From: Stegostoma tigrinum
Taxonomy: Eukaryota
Direction of reading: 5' to 3'
Assembly: GCF_030684315.1 (NCBI RefSeq)
Contig: NC_081355.1
Coordinates: 88,365,733 to 88,429,732 of the forward strand
Length of the DNA stretch: 64,000 bases
A program made the position numbers and the translations under genes. Of the stretch, positions 51,860-63,860 are shown piece after piece; the first letter of the stretch is position 1; each line of letters begins with the position of its first letter. Under the pieces are notes generated by a model. That model was not told the origin of the DNA. It searched no databases and saw only the letters and a program-made list of their open reading frames with translations.

Positions 51860-52450
51860 CTCCCTAGTTACACGTGGAATGACGCTGAGGATCTGTCAGA
51901 TAAGCAGCATGGATTCACTGTCGGCCTCTCCAGGTCATTAGTCCCGCCCATTTCATGTGGGCTGCATTTATTGGATAAACGTTCCCAAAGGCACATGATG
52001 ATTGGGTAATTGTGCTGTCAATCAGGCGCAGTTGCGTTTTGTTGAGCGCTTGCGCCAATGTTGCCAGTGAGTGGAACATTGAAAGTATCGAGCTGGAGTC
52101 GGGCACTAGTCAGAGTCGCGGAGCAGGTGGGATCGGTTCGTACAGTGTATTTCCCTTGGCACGAGGGTATTCATGACCGTGTTGTAATTTGTCCCCATCG
52201 GGTATTTCTTACTGCGGCGCTTCGGAAAAGGACACTTATCACCTCCAGTCCTCCTTCGTAAGTAACCCACGTTTTTTTTGTTCTGCTCCGTGGATTGTAG
52301 TTCGTGTACCGCCAAAAGAAGGCGCCGGGGCGCCTCATAATTTTACAGCACTTATTCAGAACAAATTATCTAATCATTTAAATCCCACGCACCGCTCTTT
52401 CCGTTTGCGTTATCTTCATTATTAAAGTAATAAAGATGCCATGGCGCCCT
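51860..52450 (+). promoter_or_regulatory. CpG-rich probable MTRR promoter and non-coding exon 1 (candidate donor GTAAGT at 52258)
   Basis: E-box CACGTG (51871), GC box CCCGCCC (~51943), ATTGG/CCAAT boxes, NRF1-type GCGCTTGCGC (52046-52055), consensus donor. Confidence 0.6.
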
Positions 52451-53799
52451 GGTGCTCTTCAGATCAGAAAGAAATTTAGAGGAATAGTTCCCAATATTTG
52501 CTGCTTAGTCTGGGGAAGGGAGCAAAGGCGATTGAAAGCCGAAACAAAAGTTGTAGTTTTCTTTGGAGGTTGTACAATATGTTTAGATGTAATGCTGTTC
52601 TTATGGACTAATTTTTTGGGGAGGGTGAATGAAGCATAAATTTATCAGAAGGCACAAACAGGCCATTCAGTGCAAACATATGTGCTCCATTCAAGCCCAA
52701 TCCCACCTGTCCTCATCTAAATCTATTATTGTAAACTCATATTTCTTTCTCCCTCATGCTTGTCAGGCTACCGCTCACCAATACTATTTGTTTCAGCCAC
52801 TCTGGTAGCAGGTAACACTTGCAATTTTTTTTGTTTGTTTGGTTTTTAAAAAGAAATTTTCTTCTGATTTCAGTGTAGATTTCTTGGTGACTATCTTCTG
52901 TTGATAGCATCTGCTTCTCTTTCTCTGTCCAGTCGATCAAAAGCCCTCCTAATTTTAAAGACCTATTTCAGATCATTACTTAGCTTTTCTCGAGAGAAAA
53001 GAGACCAGCCTTACCTGATATACTTATCAGAGCTTTTCTGAGATATGGATGTATGTATGAACTAGGATTGGTTGTAGGGCACTCGGCCCTTTGAGACCCC
53101 TCTACTGTTGAGTTGGATTATGGCTGATCTGATTTTAACTTTAACTTGACATTCTTGCCTACTCCTGATAACTTTTCACTGTTTGCATATCTAGAATCTC
53201 TGGTCAGGTGGCAGATAAGTATTTTTAAAGCAATCTATTGACATCTTTTACAGTCCACAGCTACCCTCCTCTCTGTCAATCAGGTGCCCAATTTATGTGA
53301 TCATTCCTCCTACATTTATGACAAAATTGTTAATATTCATGTCAAAGAAAAAAGGAGACTGAGTGCGAAGCCCTGTGGAACCCCACTAGAGTGATCCATA
53401 GTGTCACAAAAGTACCCATTAATAATTACCCTTTGTTTCCTGCCACTGAATTTTATTTTATCCAGCTTGCTATGTTCACTTGGTTCCCATTGGATATTTC
53501 TTTTAAACCAGTATGTCATGTGGATCTATATTTAAATTCCCCTTGTTACTTTCTCAAATAATTCCATCACAATAATCAGACAAAATCTTCATGATTTCCC
53601 ACCAACAAATCTGTGCTGACCTCCATTGGGAACACGTTTGCTCTGAACCACTGAAATCTCTTCTCCTACGCCCCCTCCATGTTTTCTGCTGCTCTGATAC
53701 TGATTCACTTTCAAATTGTTTTTGATTCCAATCCATTCTGCTAAATCACTCCTTAGACGTGTAAAACTAGCCTTGCCAATGTTTAAGAATTCTTCTAAC

Positions 53800-54115
53800 T
53801 TAGATTAGATTCCCTACAACGTGGGAACAGGCCCTTCGGCCCAACAAGTCCACACCGCCCCATTCAGCATCCCACCCAGACCCATCCCCCTGTGACCCAC
53901 ACACCCCTGAACACTACGGGCAATTTAGCATGGCCAATCCATCTAGCCTGCACATCTTTGGACTGTGGGAGGAAACCAGAGCACCCGGAGGAATTCCATG
54001 CAGACACGGGGAGAATGTGCAAACTCCACACAGACAGTCGCCCGAGGCTGGAATCGAACCTGGGTCCCTGGCGCTGTGAGGTTGCAGTGCTAACCACTGA
54101 GCCACCATGCCACCC
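53800..54115 (-). mobile_element. HE1-like V-SINE
   Basis: Reverse complement of GGTGGCATGGTGGCTCAGTGG...GGTTCGATTCC and V core. Confidence 0.88.
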
Positions 54116-54604
54116 ATCTGTTCTTTTCTAACTTGCGTTTTTTTTATCATTTCCCACAATTATGATAAAACTAACTAAACGTTGGGTACTGCTTCCAAAA
54201 TGTTCTTCTGCAGCCACCAGTTTCACCTGTTCAACTTAATTTCTTAAAACTTACCCCAGAGCTGTAACCTGTGGTTGGACTTATCGCATATTTGCCAAGA
54301 TATCTTTCCTGAAAGCACCTCGATAACTCTGCTTCCTCAATTCCTGTCACACAAACTACTGCAACATAATATTGGGATCATTGATTAACTTTATGAGCAA
54401 ATGTTATGCACTAAAAAAGAGCTGCTGGGCTGTTAAGTGGCCTTGACAGTAGGTATTTATGTAATATAAATGCACCTTAGGAGTAATTGGAACTTGAATC
54501 CAGGCTGCCTGGCTTGTGGTAGGAGTACAATTGCTATACCACAGGAGAACTTCTTTTCAATATATGTAGTTATGATGTTCTACAATTGTCATTTATAATT
54601 TTGT

Positions 54605-54745
54605 CAGAAGTCATACAATGCCAGGTTACAGTCCAACAGGTTTATTTGAAATCACAAGCAAAGACTGTATCTGATGAAGGAGCCGCGCTCTGAGAGCTTG
54701 TGATTTCAGATAAACCTATTGGCCTATAAATCTGGTGTCGTGTAG
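54605..54745. mobile_element. Fold-back from a third PLE-like terminal family with degenerate hammerhead
   Basis: Arm ccaggttacagtccaacaggtttatttgaaatcacaagc versus gcttgtgatttcagataaacctattgg; loop CTGATGAAGGAGCCGCGCTCTGAGAGCTT. Confidence 0.65.
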
Positions 54746-56089
54746 ACAAGGTCAAAAGTCACTCCAATTCAACACTGGCACCCCACATCACATTGAAAAT
54801 ATCTTGTCAAACTGAATAAATGTATCATTGCTAACTTAGCTGTCAGTTGTTTGTTTTTAATGCACAATCATAAAAATTCAAAACAACTCTGAAGCAGTAA
54901 TATTGATATTAAATAGGACTGAAGTATTCCTTTACGATTCCTTTCCATTGCATGCATCAGGAGCAAATCTTTGCTACTGTACTGTATCTGTAGCTATTTA
55001 AAATCAGGGCAAAGAACAGCTGTACATTGCTTCTGACTTGCAATTTGACCCAGGTTTCCCAATGCTACTGTTACAGTAACAGATATCATTGGCCCTGTCA
55101 CGGCTGTTTCTTCCAAGTTGTGTGGAGATCCGATTATGAATTGACCTTTGTTAATACAAAGTTTGAATTTTGATGTAAAAATATGTTTTGTTGAAGTTTT
55201 TGTTTTGCACTCATCAGAGCCATTCAGAAGAAATACTAGAGGAGAAACATCATTTATACTGTTTGAGGGGACTGTGTTGATTTGTAAGTGGGCTCTGGTC
55301 GTTAGAGGTATTACCATGGTGGAAATGATGTGGTTAGAGCATTGTCTGGTTCATTTCTCTAGACAATGTTATTACCTGCTTTGTTGAGTTGAGGCTGACT
55401 CATTTCATCTACATATTATTTCTGTCTGCAAAGAACAGGACCCTGTGTATTAATGTGTGTAGTTTTCAGTAACTAAATGTGCCATATTGCACGCACAGCC
55501 TTATATTGATTGTCTCAAATTCTTTGTGCAACATTAGCCAAATAATCTTTTCTAGTCTAGACTGCCCTGGTGTAGTATTGCTATGCAAATGTCCATGGCT
55601 TCCGTGAGTGATACATTGGTGAATAGCCTAACAATGTCAAATGAATGCATGGACGCTGCACTGATGTTTGATATGCAAGTTCTGCATGGTTTGTGCAGAA
55701 GTGAAGGATTTTATTGCTGTGTATGCTGAAACCTTGCTCAAAACTGGTTTTAGCAATAACTTAAACATTTCTCCAGTTCATATTTTGCAGGACCAGTCAG
55801 AGATAAACATAAAGGGGAGTCATTTTTGTGTGTCTTGGGTGTCCCATACTTGTGTGGATGCATAAACCATGAAAAAAAATCCTGTTACATGCATCACTAG
55901 CCCGCTCAGTGCCCAGGTAGTGATGTTTCTTGCTTTCTTTTCTGTTTCAAGTGAAGCTGTCTGATTATCCTGAGTGGCTGTTCTGATGGAAACAGACATG
56001 GATCTATTGTTTTAGGAATAGCATGCATTTTGGCCATATGTTTGCTACTGTTTTGATCAGTCTTCATTGAACATATAAACTACGCAAGT

Positions 56090-57200
56090 TGTGCAGTTGA
56101 GCTCATTTTGAATGACACCATATTTGCCCAAATAGATGGTATTTCCATAGAATTTCTGCCAGGCCCAGTGCACTCCAACATCTTTTGTTGGGTTCCATTA
56201 TGGAATGACATTAAACCTCCCAGCCTTGCACGTTTCTATGTCTTCACCATCTGTGGGATAATGGCCACATTGGTCTGGTTCATGGAAAATTCATGAATGA
56301 GTTTTAGGTGCCACTTTTGATCCTAAAATGAAAAGTGCTATGTTTACCTCCCATTTACCCTGGAGCGTAAGGTACCCTGAAGTTTGAGTAACAAGTTATG
56401 CTAATTGTTTCAAGCTGCTTCTATATATGAGTAACAAGGGTGGTGTCTGCCACTTACAGGATGCTGCTGTCAGGCCATAAAGATGTACTGCCTATCACGC
56501 AAAACGGTTGTTCATGAATTTTATTCCCAGTGTGATGTCCGGTATGTAGGTTATGTGTCTCAAGCACTAGATGATCTTGCAGCATTTCCCTTCAGCTGTT
56601 TGCACTAAGCAGACTTTGATATGATACCCAACAAGTCTGGACTTGCAAAACTCTCAACAATGCGCAATGTAAGAAGGGATTCCAAAATGGGACAACATTT
56701 GCTGGATAATCCTGAGTGTGATAATTTTTATTGAAAATCAATTCATTTGGCTTGTAGTGTGGCGCCCTTGAGTACCAGAAGTTATGCGTGAATATGCAAG
56801 GCTCCTTATTGCAGACAGAAGGAACGCAAATGTACACTGTAATAAAGTGTGAAGCTGGATGAACACAGCAGGCCAAGCAGCATCTCAGGAGCACAAAAGC
56901 TGAGATGCTGTTTGTCTGCTGTGTTCATCCAGCTTCACACTTTATTATCTTTGGATTCTCCAGCATCTGCAGTTCCCATTATCTCTGATGCAAATGTATG
57001 CTGTGCTTGTTTTGACTCAAAATAGGTGACCCATTCTCTGTTTCATTGGTCCAGGCATTGGCAATCAAACTTGATTTCACAGGACAATCAGTCAGCATTC
57101 TGCCATCACGTTATTTTCATTTTTTCACTGGTATTTCTTTCAAGTTGTCCTAGTAATTGCAAGATGAAAAGCTTTTCTTTTTCTAGCTGTAGAGGGGATT
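56090..57200 (+). mobile_element. Old degenerate Penelope-like element (RT and GIY-YIG remnants) with a nested pLTR fold-back at 56840-56989
   Basis: NDTIFAQIDGISIEFLPGPVHSNIF resembles the PLE RT QxxGxxMGSPLGPxLANIF motif; CD..YVG remnant at ~56530; nested insert flanked by GCAAATGTA (56826 / 56990). Confidence 0.6.
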
Positions 57201-57244
57201 GTTTGCCATAATCTTAAAAGCAATAGCAAGTCTTATACGGGATG

Positions 57245-57620
57245 TTAGCCCTTGTTTGATTGAAGGCATTCTTACCTCTGAAACAGAAGGCTTTGCGGTT
57301 ATGTCCTAGTTTGGAGGGTTAAGGAAGCAAATGAGACTGACGCTTCAGGTGCAAAAGTAAGGCAGTTATAGTATTTATTGGTGGTAGCATTTTTCAAATT
57401 ACATAATTAAATAGAGGTCTCGTCTGTGCTCCAAGGTCGGAATAAAATATACTACAGCACTAATTTTAAAGAAAAACAGTGGAGATATCCCAGTGCTGTG
57501 ATCAATATTTTATTCCTCAAACAACCACTTGCATTACTGTCTCTCTTTTTTATTAAAACCATAGTAAGACAGCCCAAAATACTTCTCAGAAGCATAACCA
57601 AAAAGATATAACACTAAGCC
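57245..57620 (+). mobile_element. Ancient SINE remnant (DeuSINE/SacSINE1-like)
   Basis: Degenerate tRNA-like head and Deu-domain-like text (taaatagaggtctcgtctg...ttttaaagaaaaacag...caatatttattcctcaa); recalled similarity only. Confidence 0.45.
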
Positions 57621-58147
57621 ACAAAGAGATATTGTGGGACAGGTGACTAGAAGTTTAGTGAAAGAGGCAGATTTCACATAGTGTCTTAACAAAAGAACAG
57701 GGGAGATTTTGAGGGAAGTGTCCAGGTTACTGAACACAGAGCTGTCAATCATAGGCCAGTAGAAATCAGGGTAACTCGGGCCAGAATAGGACAAGTACAG
57801 AGATTTCAGAAGGTTGCTGCGTTGAAGTTAAGTTACACAGTTGGATGAGGGAGGACCTGGAGGAATTTCAGTACTGCTGAGAATTTTAAGATTGCCAAAA
57901 TGGGAGCCGACAGCTCAATGACTTTTTAAGGCAAATTATCAGCATTGCTGTTTGTAGGACCTGTGAAAATTGGCTGCCTCACCAACTGGAATTAAAAACA
58001 TGTTTATCTAAGTGTGGTGCTTGGGGATATCCTGAGGTCATGAAAGGCACTATATAAATGCAAATTATATATCCAGCTCGCCTTGTCAATTGCCATTACG
58101 TATGGTAACTAACCAATCCTTTTGATTTGTGCAGCTGGTGCAGTGTC

Positions 58148-58291
58148 ATGCCTTTAGAGATCAAACATCGAATTTTGTTGCTTTATGCCTCACAAAATGG
58201 ACAAGCGAAAGCGATTGCTGAGGATATTGCTGAAGCAGCAGATGGAAAAGGATTTATAGCTGACCTATATTGTGTAAGCCAAATGGAAGAG
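58148..58291 (+). CDS. MTRR: MTRR first coding exon
   Basis: Branch-like CTAAC and gcAG acceptor at 58134; [48 protein letters not shown]; donor GTAACT. Confidence 0.93.
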
Positions 58292-61200
58292 GTAACTGAG
58301 GGAAAATTATCCTTTCTTTTTATATATAGCAGACAATGCATGTGATTGAAAAGAGTAGACTGAATTCAGTTTGGGTGTCAATTTTAATAAGCCTTATAGA
58401 CAGTCTTGCTCAGCGAAACCCAGAATGTTTTCTCACTCAGTTCTGTGTAGCTTGCCTCATTGGCTTTGCACCACACTTCTATGAAGTCCTGCTCATTCTA
58501 TCTTTCCTCTTGTCGGTCGAGGAAGTACTTTTCATCTGTGTGACCTGCTGGGAATCCCAGCCCCATTTTTACAGATGCATTTGTGCACCAGGTTGAGTGC
58601 TGACAGTGTGCCCCTACCAAGCTCTGATTCTTTGACCCAAAGCCCCTCTGTGTGGCTATCTGATGTGTAAGTGAATGTTTAAAACATGGTGTAAATTTAA
58701 AACAAAACTCATGGTCATTCATTATTGGTACAATGCTTTCACAAGACCATGAAAGAGTGTTTTATTTCAGAATCACAGAACCACAAAAATAGGTACAGGA
58801 ACAGACCATTTGCCCTTGAGTGTGTTCTGTCATTCCACATGATTTGCTGCTGATCATCTAACTTAGTACCCTGTTCCCGCTTTCTCGACATTCCCTCAAT
58901 CTGTTTTTTTTGGGGTTAAGGGATCAAACTCCTTGAAAACAGTGTTTTGACCTCAATTGCTTTCTGTGGCAAAGAAATTCTGCAGGCTTGCCACTCTGAG
59001 TGAAGAAATTTCTCCTTGTCACAGTTCTAAATTTGCAGTCCAGTGTCCTTAGACTCTGAGCCCTGGTTCTGGTCACTGTGGTCATTGGAAACATCCTACA
59101 GGTATCTGGTACATGTCACGTGGGGGGCCACTGGATAACAGGTTTCACTGAGTTAATTTGCTTCATTGCTGAATCTTATTGAAAAGCTGACGTTGTTAAT
59201 ATTTGAAGATGTTCGTTTTCTCTTGATGTATTTCTTCAGTTCAACCTGGAGAAGGAACATGCTCCAGTTGTTATAATCACCTCTACTACTGGTTTTGGAG
59301 AAGTACCAGACACAGCAAGGAAATTTGCACGAGAGCTTAAGAGTGATTTGCCAGCTGACTTCTATTCACACGTAAAATATGCAGTATTAGGTAATAAACT
59401 ATCATCTGGATTTTACAGATAATGTTAGCCAACAATTTATTGTTTTCTGACATTGATTTATTTTCCCTAGCTCTTGGAGATTCCAACTACAGTTGTTTTG
59501 CCAATGGTGGAAAGATAATTGATAAATGCCTTCAGCAGCTTGGTGCACAACATTTCTATGCAACTGGATATGCAGATGATGCTGTTGGGTAAGACCAGTG
59601 ATGAGATCTTCTTCCAACTGATTTTTTTTAAAAAATCTGTCCTGTATATTTAAAGATATAGTATATTATTTCAGTGTTACTGCATCATACGTAGAATTTT
59701 GGAGAAAATAATTAGTGAATGAACAGAAGCCATTGAAAACAATGTAAAGCAAATTATTCCTTTTTCTGAGCTTCTGAAAGGTGTTATTTTAAGATCCTCA
59801 TTTGCTTTCATTAGTTAGGCTTGGCAGCGTAAATTTTTTTCGGGAAGTTGTTATGAGTTTGATTTTTGTTTTTTAAGTTGCTGTGAAGGTTTTCCCCAAA
59901 GTAGCAGAATCAGGGGAAATCGTTTCGGAGCAGCTCTTGTCTGGCGACTTACTACTGACTGCTTGCAGTGGAGCAGGCCTAGAAGCAGTTTGCTTAGCAG
60001 TGCAAAACATGTGAATTGTGAGAAATAAAGAAGAAAGGAGCATTAAGGTTTGGATTGGATGCTGTTAGTTTTGGAAATTTTATAGACCTGCTATTTTGCC
60101 TTCATGATTAGAGTAGAAAATGCCACCAGTGATCCAGACAGTTCCTTTTCTTGCAGCTGACCTTATGCATAGGTCGGTACAAAGTAGAATCACATATCTT
60201 TGTTGCTCCATGTGCAACATCCACAATAAACAGACTTATCTCTGAGATTTACTTCTCTTTAGGATTGACCCTGGTGGTGATGGTTAACTTTCCTCTTCAT
60301 TTGAATATAGGAGAGTCCTATTTTACCGCTGTCTAAATAACATTCCTCTTTTTTTTTTGCTCTCTCCTCCCACATTTCTAGTCTTCCTTCAGTCACATTT
60401 CAGCAAGTTTAGATTGGATACGTTAACAAGCAATGAAACCTTGTTTCCTTTTGTAGATGTTATTCACTGACAATGTTTCCTCCTCTGTGCCAAGAACCTC
60501 CTCATCACTGTTGTGTTTTCTTTAACTGACCTGTACCGTCCTTCTCCAGAGTCACATTTCACAATTATCTAGTCTTTGGATGTCCCTTATTGGTCCTGTG
60601 CAAAAAGTCACTTCAGATTTATAGTCTTAATTTAGACTGGCATTTGTTTGAAAATAATACAATATATATTTATGTAAATGTTTATATATGTGGGCTGGCA
60701 GATTGTGATAGTGTCATGATCAGCAACAATACTTTCAAATATTGTTTTTGACAAATTAAATGCAATGTATTAGCCTATAATAGCATTACTTAACACGTTG
60801 CCCTTACGAATTTGAATGCAATTTTAGGATTTACCGTACGTAATCTCCTGTCATTCACTGTTGCGTCACTGTTGTGCTACGGGCCCCTCCCTGACCCTGC
60901 CTCAAAGCTGGCAGTCAATGAAATGAGTTGATGTGGCAAAAATGTGTTCTCCTGTCCCGTTGTCATTTCATTGCTAGAAATTTGATTGTACTAAGCCTCC
61001 TCCGAGAGGTGTAACTGGACTTTTAATGGCAACTACTGCCGAGGAACCATCTGCCATGACAGAAAACATGTTTTTGTGTGTCTCTCAGGAGTTCTTCCCA
61101 AGTTCTTTCTAAAACTAGACTATTTTTCTTCCAGCTTCTACCTTCACCCCATTGTATATCTCCTAGTTTTTATTTTGCGGTTGTATACTAAGGGGAGATG

Positions 61201-63179
61201 ATGGTGTAGTAGCATTGTCAAAGGGCTAGCGTTCCAGAACCCCAGTCTAATGGTTTTGAGACATAATTTCAGATCCTACTGTGGTGAATGTAATGTGGAA
61301 ATAATAAAAATCTGAAAAAGAAAGCTGTAGCCGAGTTGGTGACCATGCAACCACTGGTTGTCATAAAAATGCATCTGATTCACTTACGTCCTATTTTATT
61401 TTCGATAAATAAGTCTCACCTATTCTGGCCATAAATAAAGTCTAACTGTCATAGCGATTGTTGCTGTAAAGTTTAAAGTGATTTGATATTAGTGCTTCTC
61501 ATTTCCTTGTTAGTTTGCTGTAATGTTTTTTTAACATGACTCCTTGTGCAGATCTATGTGTTTATCTTGCAAATCTTTGATGGAAATGCGACTCAAAAAG
61601 CATCAGAACTTACAAATTAGAAAGCATAAATAAATAGACATGTACTAGGGAAGACAGTAATGTATATCCTTGTGCTTTACAAGAGCTGTTGTAAAGTTGA
61701 TGCAAAAAAATTCAGTTGTTTTATTTTTAATTTTAGTATTGGTGCAATGCATTATATAAAGCCAGGTATGAAATTCAGTTTTGAATTTGGTCATGTACTA
61801 GAAATTGTTGGTCCAGCTCTTAGATGTCTGCCCCAAGAAGTTCCAGATGTATTGAGGGTTATCAGACCACTTTGATCATATATTTCACAAGACAACAGGG
61901 GATCCAGGCCCTCAGTTTACTATGTGGTGCATCCTAACACGCAATCGGTTTTCAAGTTTATCTTTTTTTAAAAAATCTCTAAAATGAGCTTTAATTTGTA
62001 TCATGGGACATCACTGTTAATTTAGTCAAGGGATCATCTGATTTGATCTTGTGTTTATGATGCACAAACTAATCTTAATTCTAACCCTATTGCCTACACA
62101 GTCTTTCAAACAAAAACTCTAATTACTCTTCGTTACTGTTGTGGAGAAGTTATGGTAACAAAAATGTGTTAACTTTTTTTTTCTGTTCGTAATTGATCTT
62201 GTAAAAGCCACTGCTGTGGTAAATTGCTTTACATTTGCTCACGAACTTACGAGAATGAAAATTATGCACAAAATATCTATGACGTTCTGATCATTGTAGT
62301 TGGCAAACTCCATTCTTGTATAGACATTTCAAACGTTTGCTGCTGATCAGTAAGCTTCCTTGCTGGCAGCAAAGGTATGTAACATGACCTTTTGTATAGG
62401 GTGGGATGGAAGAGTGGAAAGTAATGTTACATGGAAAATGTATATCAAATGTACATTTCTGCATCAGCAACAGTCTTTAAATTGGAATCTGTGTTAACAG
62501 AACAAAATGATTAATAAAAACAAACTGCATGAGTTTAATTTTGTGGAATTATGTTTTCCATTTGGTTGCGTATATTATAAATATTTTCTACTGTGTGCTG
62601 TCCTGTGTTATGATGTAAACCCACTTAAGCTGATGGTTTTATAATCTTGTTGGAGCAGCTCATTCCTAATCTGACCTTAATTATACTAACTCTTTCTAAA
62701 AAGGAAATTTTGTTATTGCCCTTCCTCTGTCGTTTTTGAGCCTTTAATAGTTTTGGACATTTAATAATAACAGTAATATTCATTTTCAATTTCTGTTTGG
62801 TTTTAGGTTGGAATTAGTGGTTGAACCTTGGATTGAAGGTCTTTGGGATGCATTGAAGGAATTGTGCCAGAAGCAAAACGCGGAGATTTACAGTGATGCA
62901 GAAAAAATACTGGATATGAATCATGCTTCAACAACTAACAAGAGTTTTGAGCTGCCAGATATTGAATTGAGGTTAGAAGCAAATGTACCACCAACTTCTA
63001 AAGATTCATTTAATTCATCTGAGGGTGTTGAACCGAATCCTATTGTAGCAGGGCTTCAGGAATGTCGTCTAGTGCCAACCTGGGTAAAATCGGAAAAGCC
63101 CTTGTCAGAAACTGCTCTGAATATCCCTTCACTGCCTGTGGAGTATCTAAATGTGGAGTTTCAGAAAAGCACAGTGCAG
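58148..63179 (+). CDS. MTRR: Methionine synthase reductase, 5' part (FMN/flavodoxin domain and hinge); gene continues beyond the window
   Basis: Exons 58148-58291, 59240-59390, 59471-59588 and 62807-63179 splice in frame: [18 protein letters not shown]...[15 protein letters not shown]...[57 protein letters not shown]. Confidence 0.95.
59240..59390 (+). CDS. MTRR: MTRR coding exon 2
   Basis: [50 protein letters not shown]; AG/GT bounded. Confidence 0.94.
59471..59588 (+). CDS. MTRR: MTRR coding exon 3
   Basis: [39 protein letters not shown]; follows an 80-nt intron. Confidence 0.94.
62807..63179 (+). CDS. MTRR: MTRR coding exon 4
   Basis: [18 protein letters not shown]...[26 protein letters not shown]; donor GTAAGG. 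Confidence 0.94.
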
Positions 63180-63319
63180 GTAAGGCCATCTATCTAATAA
63201 GCACTCTCCTGTCAAATTGGTGGCATCATTTACGTGCATTAATATATTGAAAATGTACAGTTGAATGATGACTGTCTTAACAAATGTTTTTCCAAAGGAA
63301 GATATATTTAAATTCATTC

Positions 63320-63860
63320 ATTAATGGGATATGAGTGGTGTTGATTGTCCAGGATTTATTACGAATCCCCAGCTCTCCTGGAGAAGGTGATGGTGACCTG
63401 CTCTCTGGAATGACTACCGGCCTTTATGAAGGGGCACCCGCACTGCTATTAGGGAGGGAATTGGGGATTTTAATCAGGAACACTGAAGGAATGGCAATAG
63501 ATGTGCAAGCCAGGATGTGTGTGGGTTAGAGGGACACTTGCAGGTAGTGGTGATTCCAAGTATCTGCTGCCCCTCCCCTGAGTGACTGCAGTGCACATTT
63601 CTGATGGTACACGTTGCTGATAGTGGATGATGACACTTCCTGAGTGTTATTGGAGCTGCACTCATCCAAGCAAGTGGGAAGTATTTCATCACCAGTCCTG
63701 ACATTTGTACTTTGTGGATGGTGGACAGACTTTATGGAGAAAGGGGATGAGTTACTAGCTGTGGAATTTCTGGCCTCTGACCCTTGTAGCCAAGTATTGG
63801 TTTGGTGGTCCAATTCAGTTTTTGTGGTGAGTAGTAAATCCCAAGTTTTAAATAGTCAGA
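63320..63860 (-). mobile_element. Degenerate LINE 3' fragment
   Basis: MKYFPLAWMSAAPITL motif shared with other LINE remnants here (~15700, ~32020). Confidence 0.65.
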
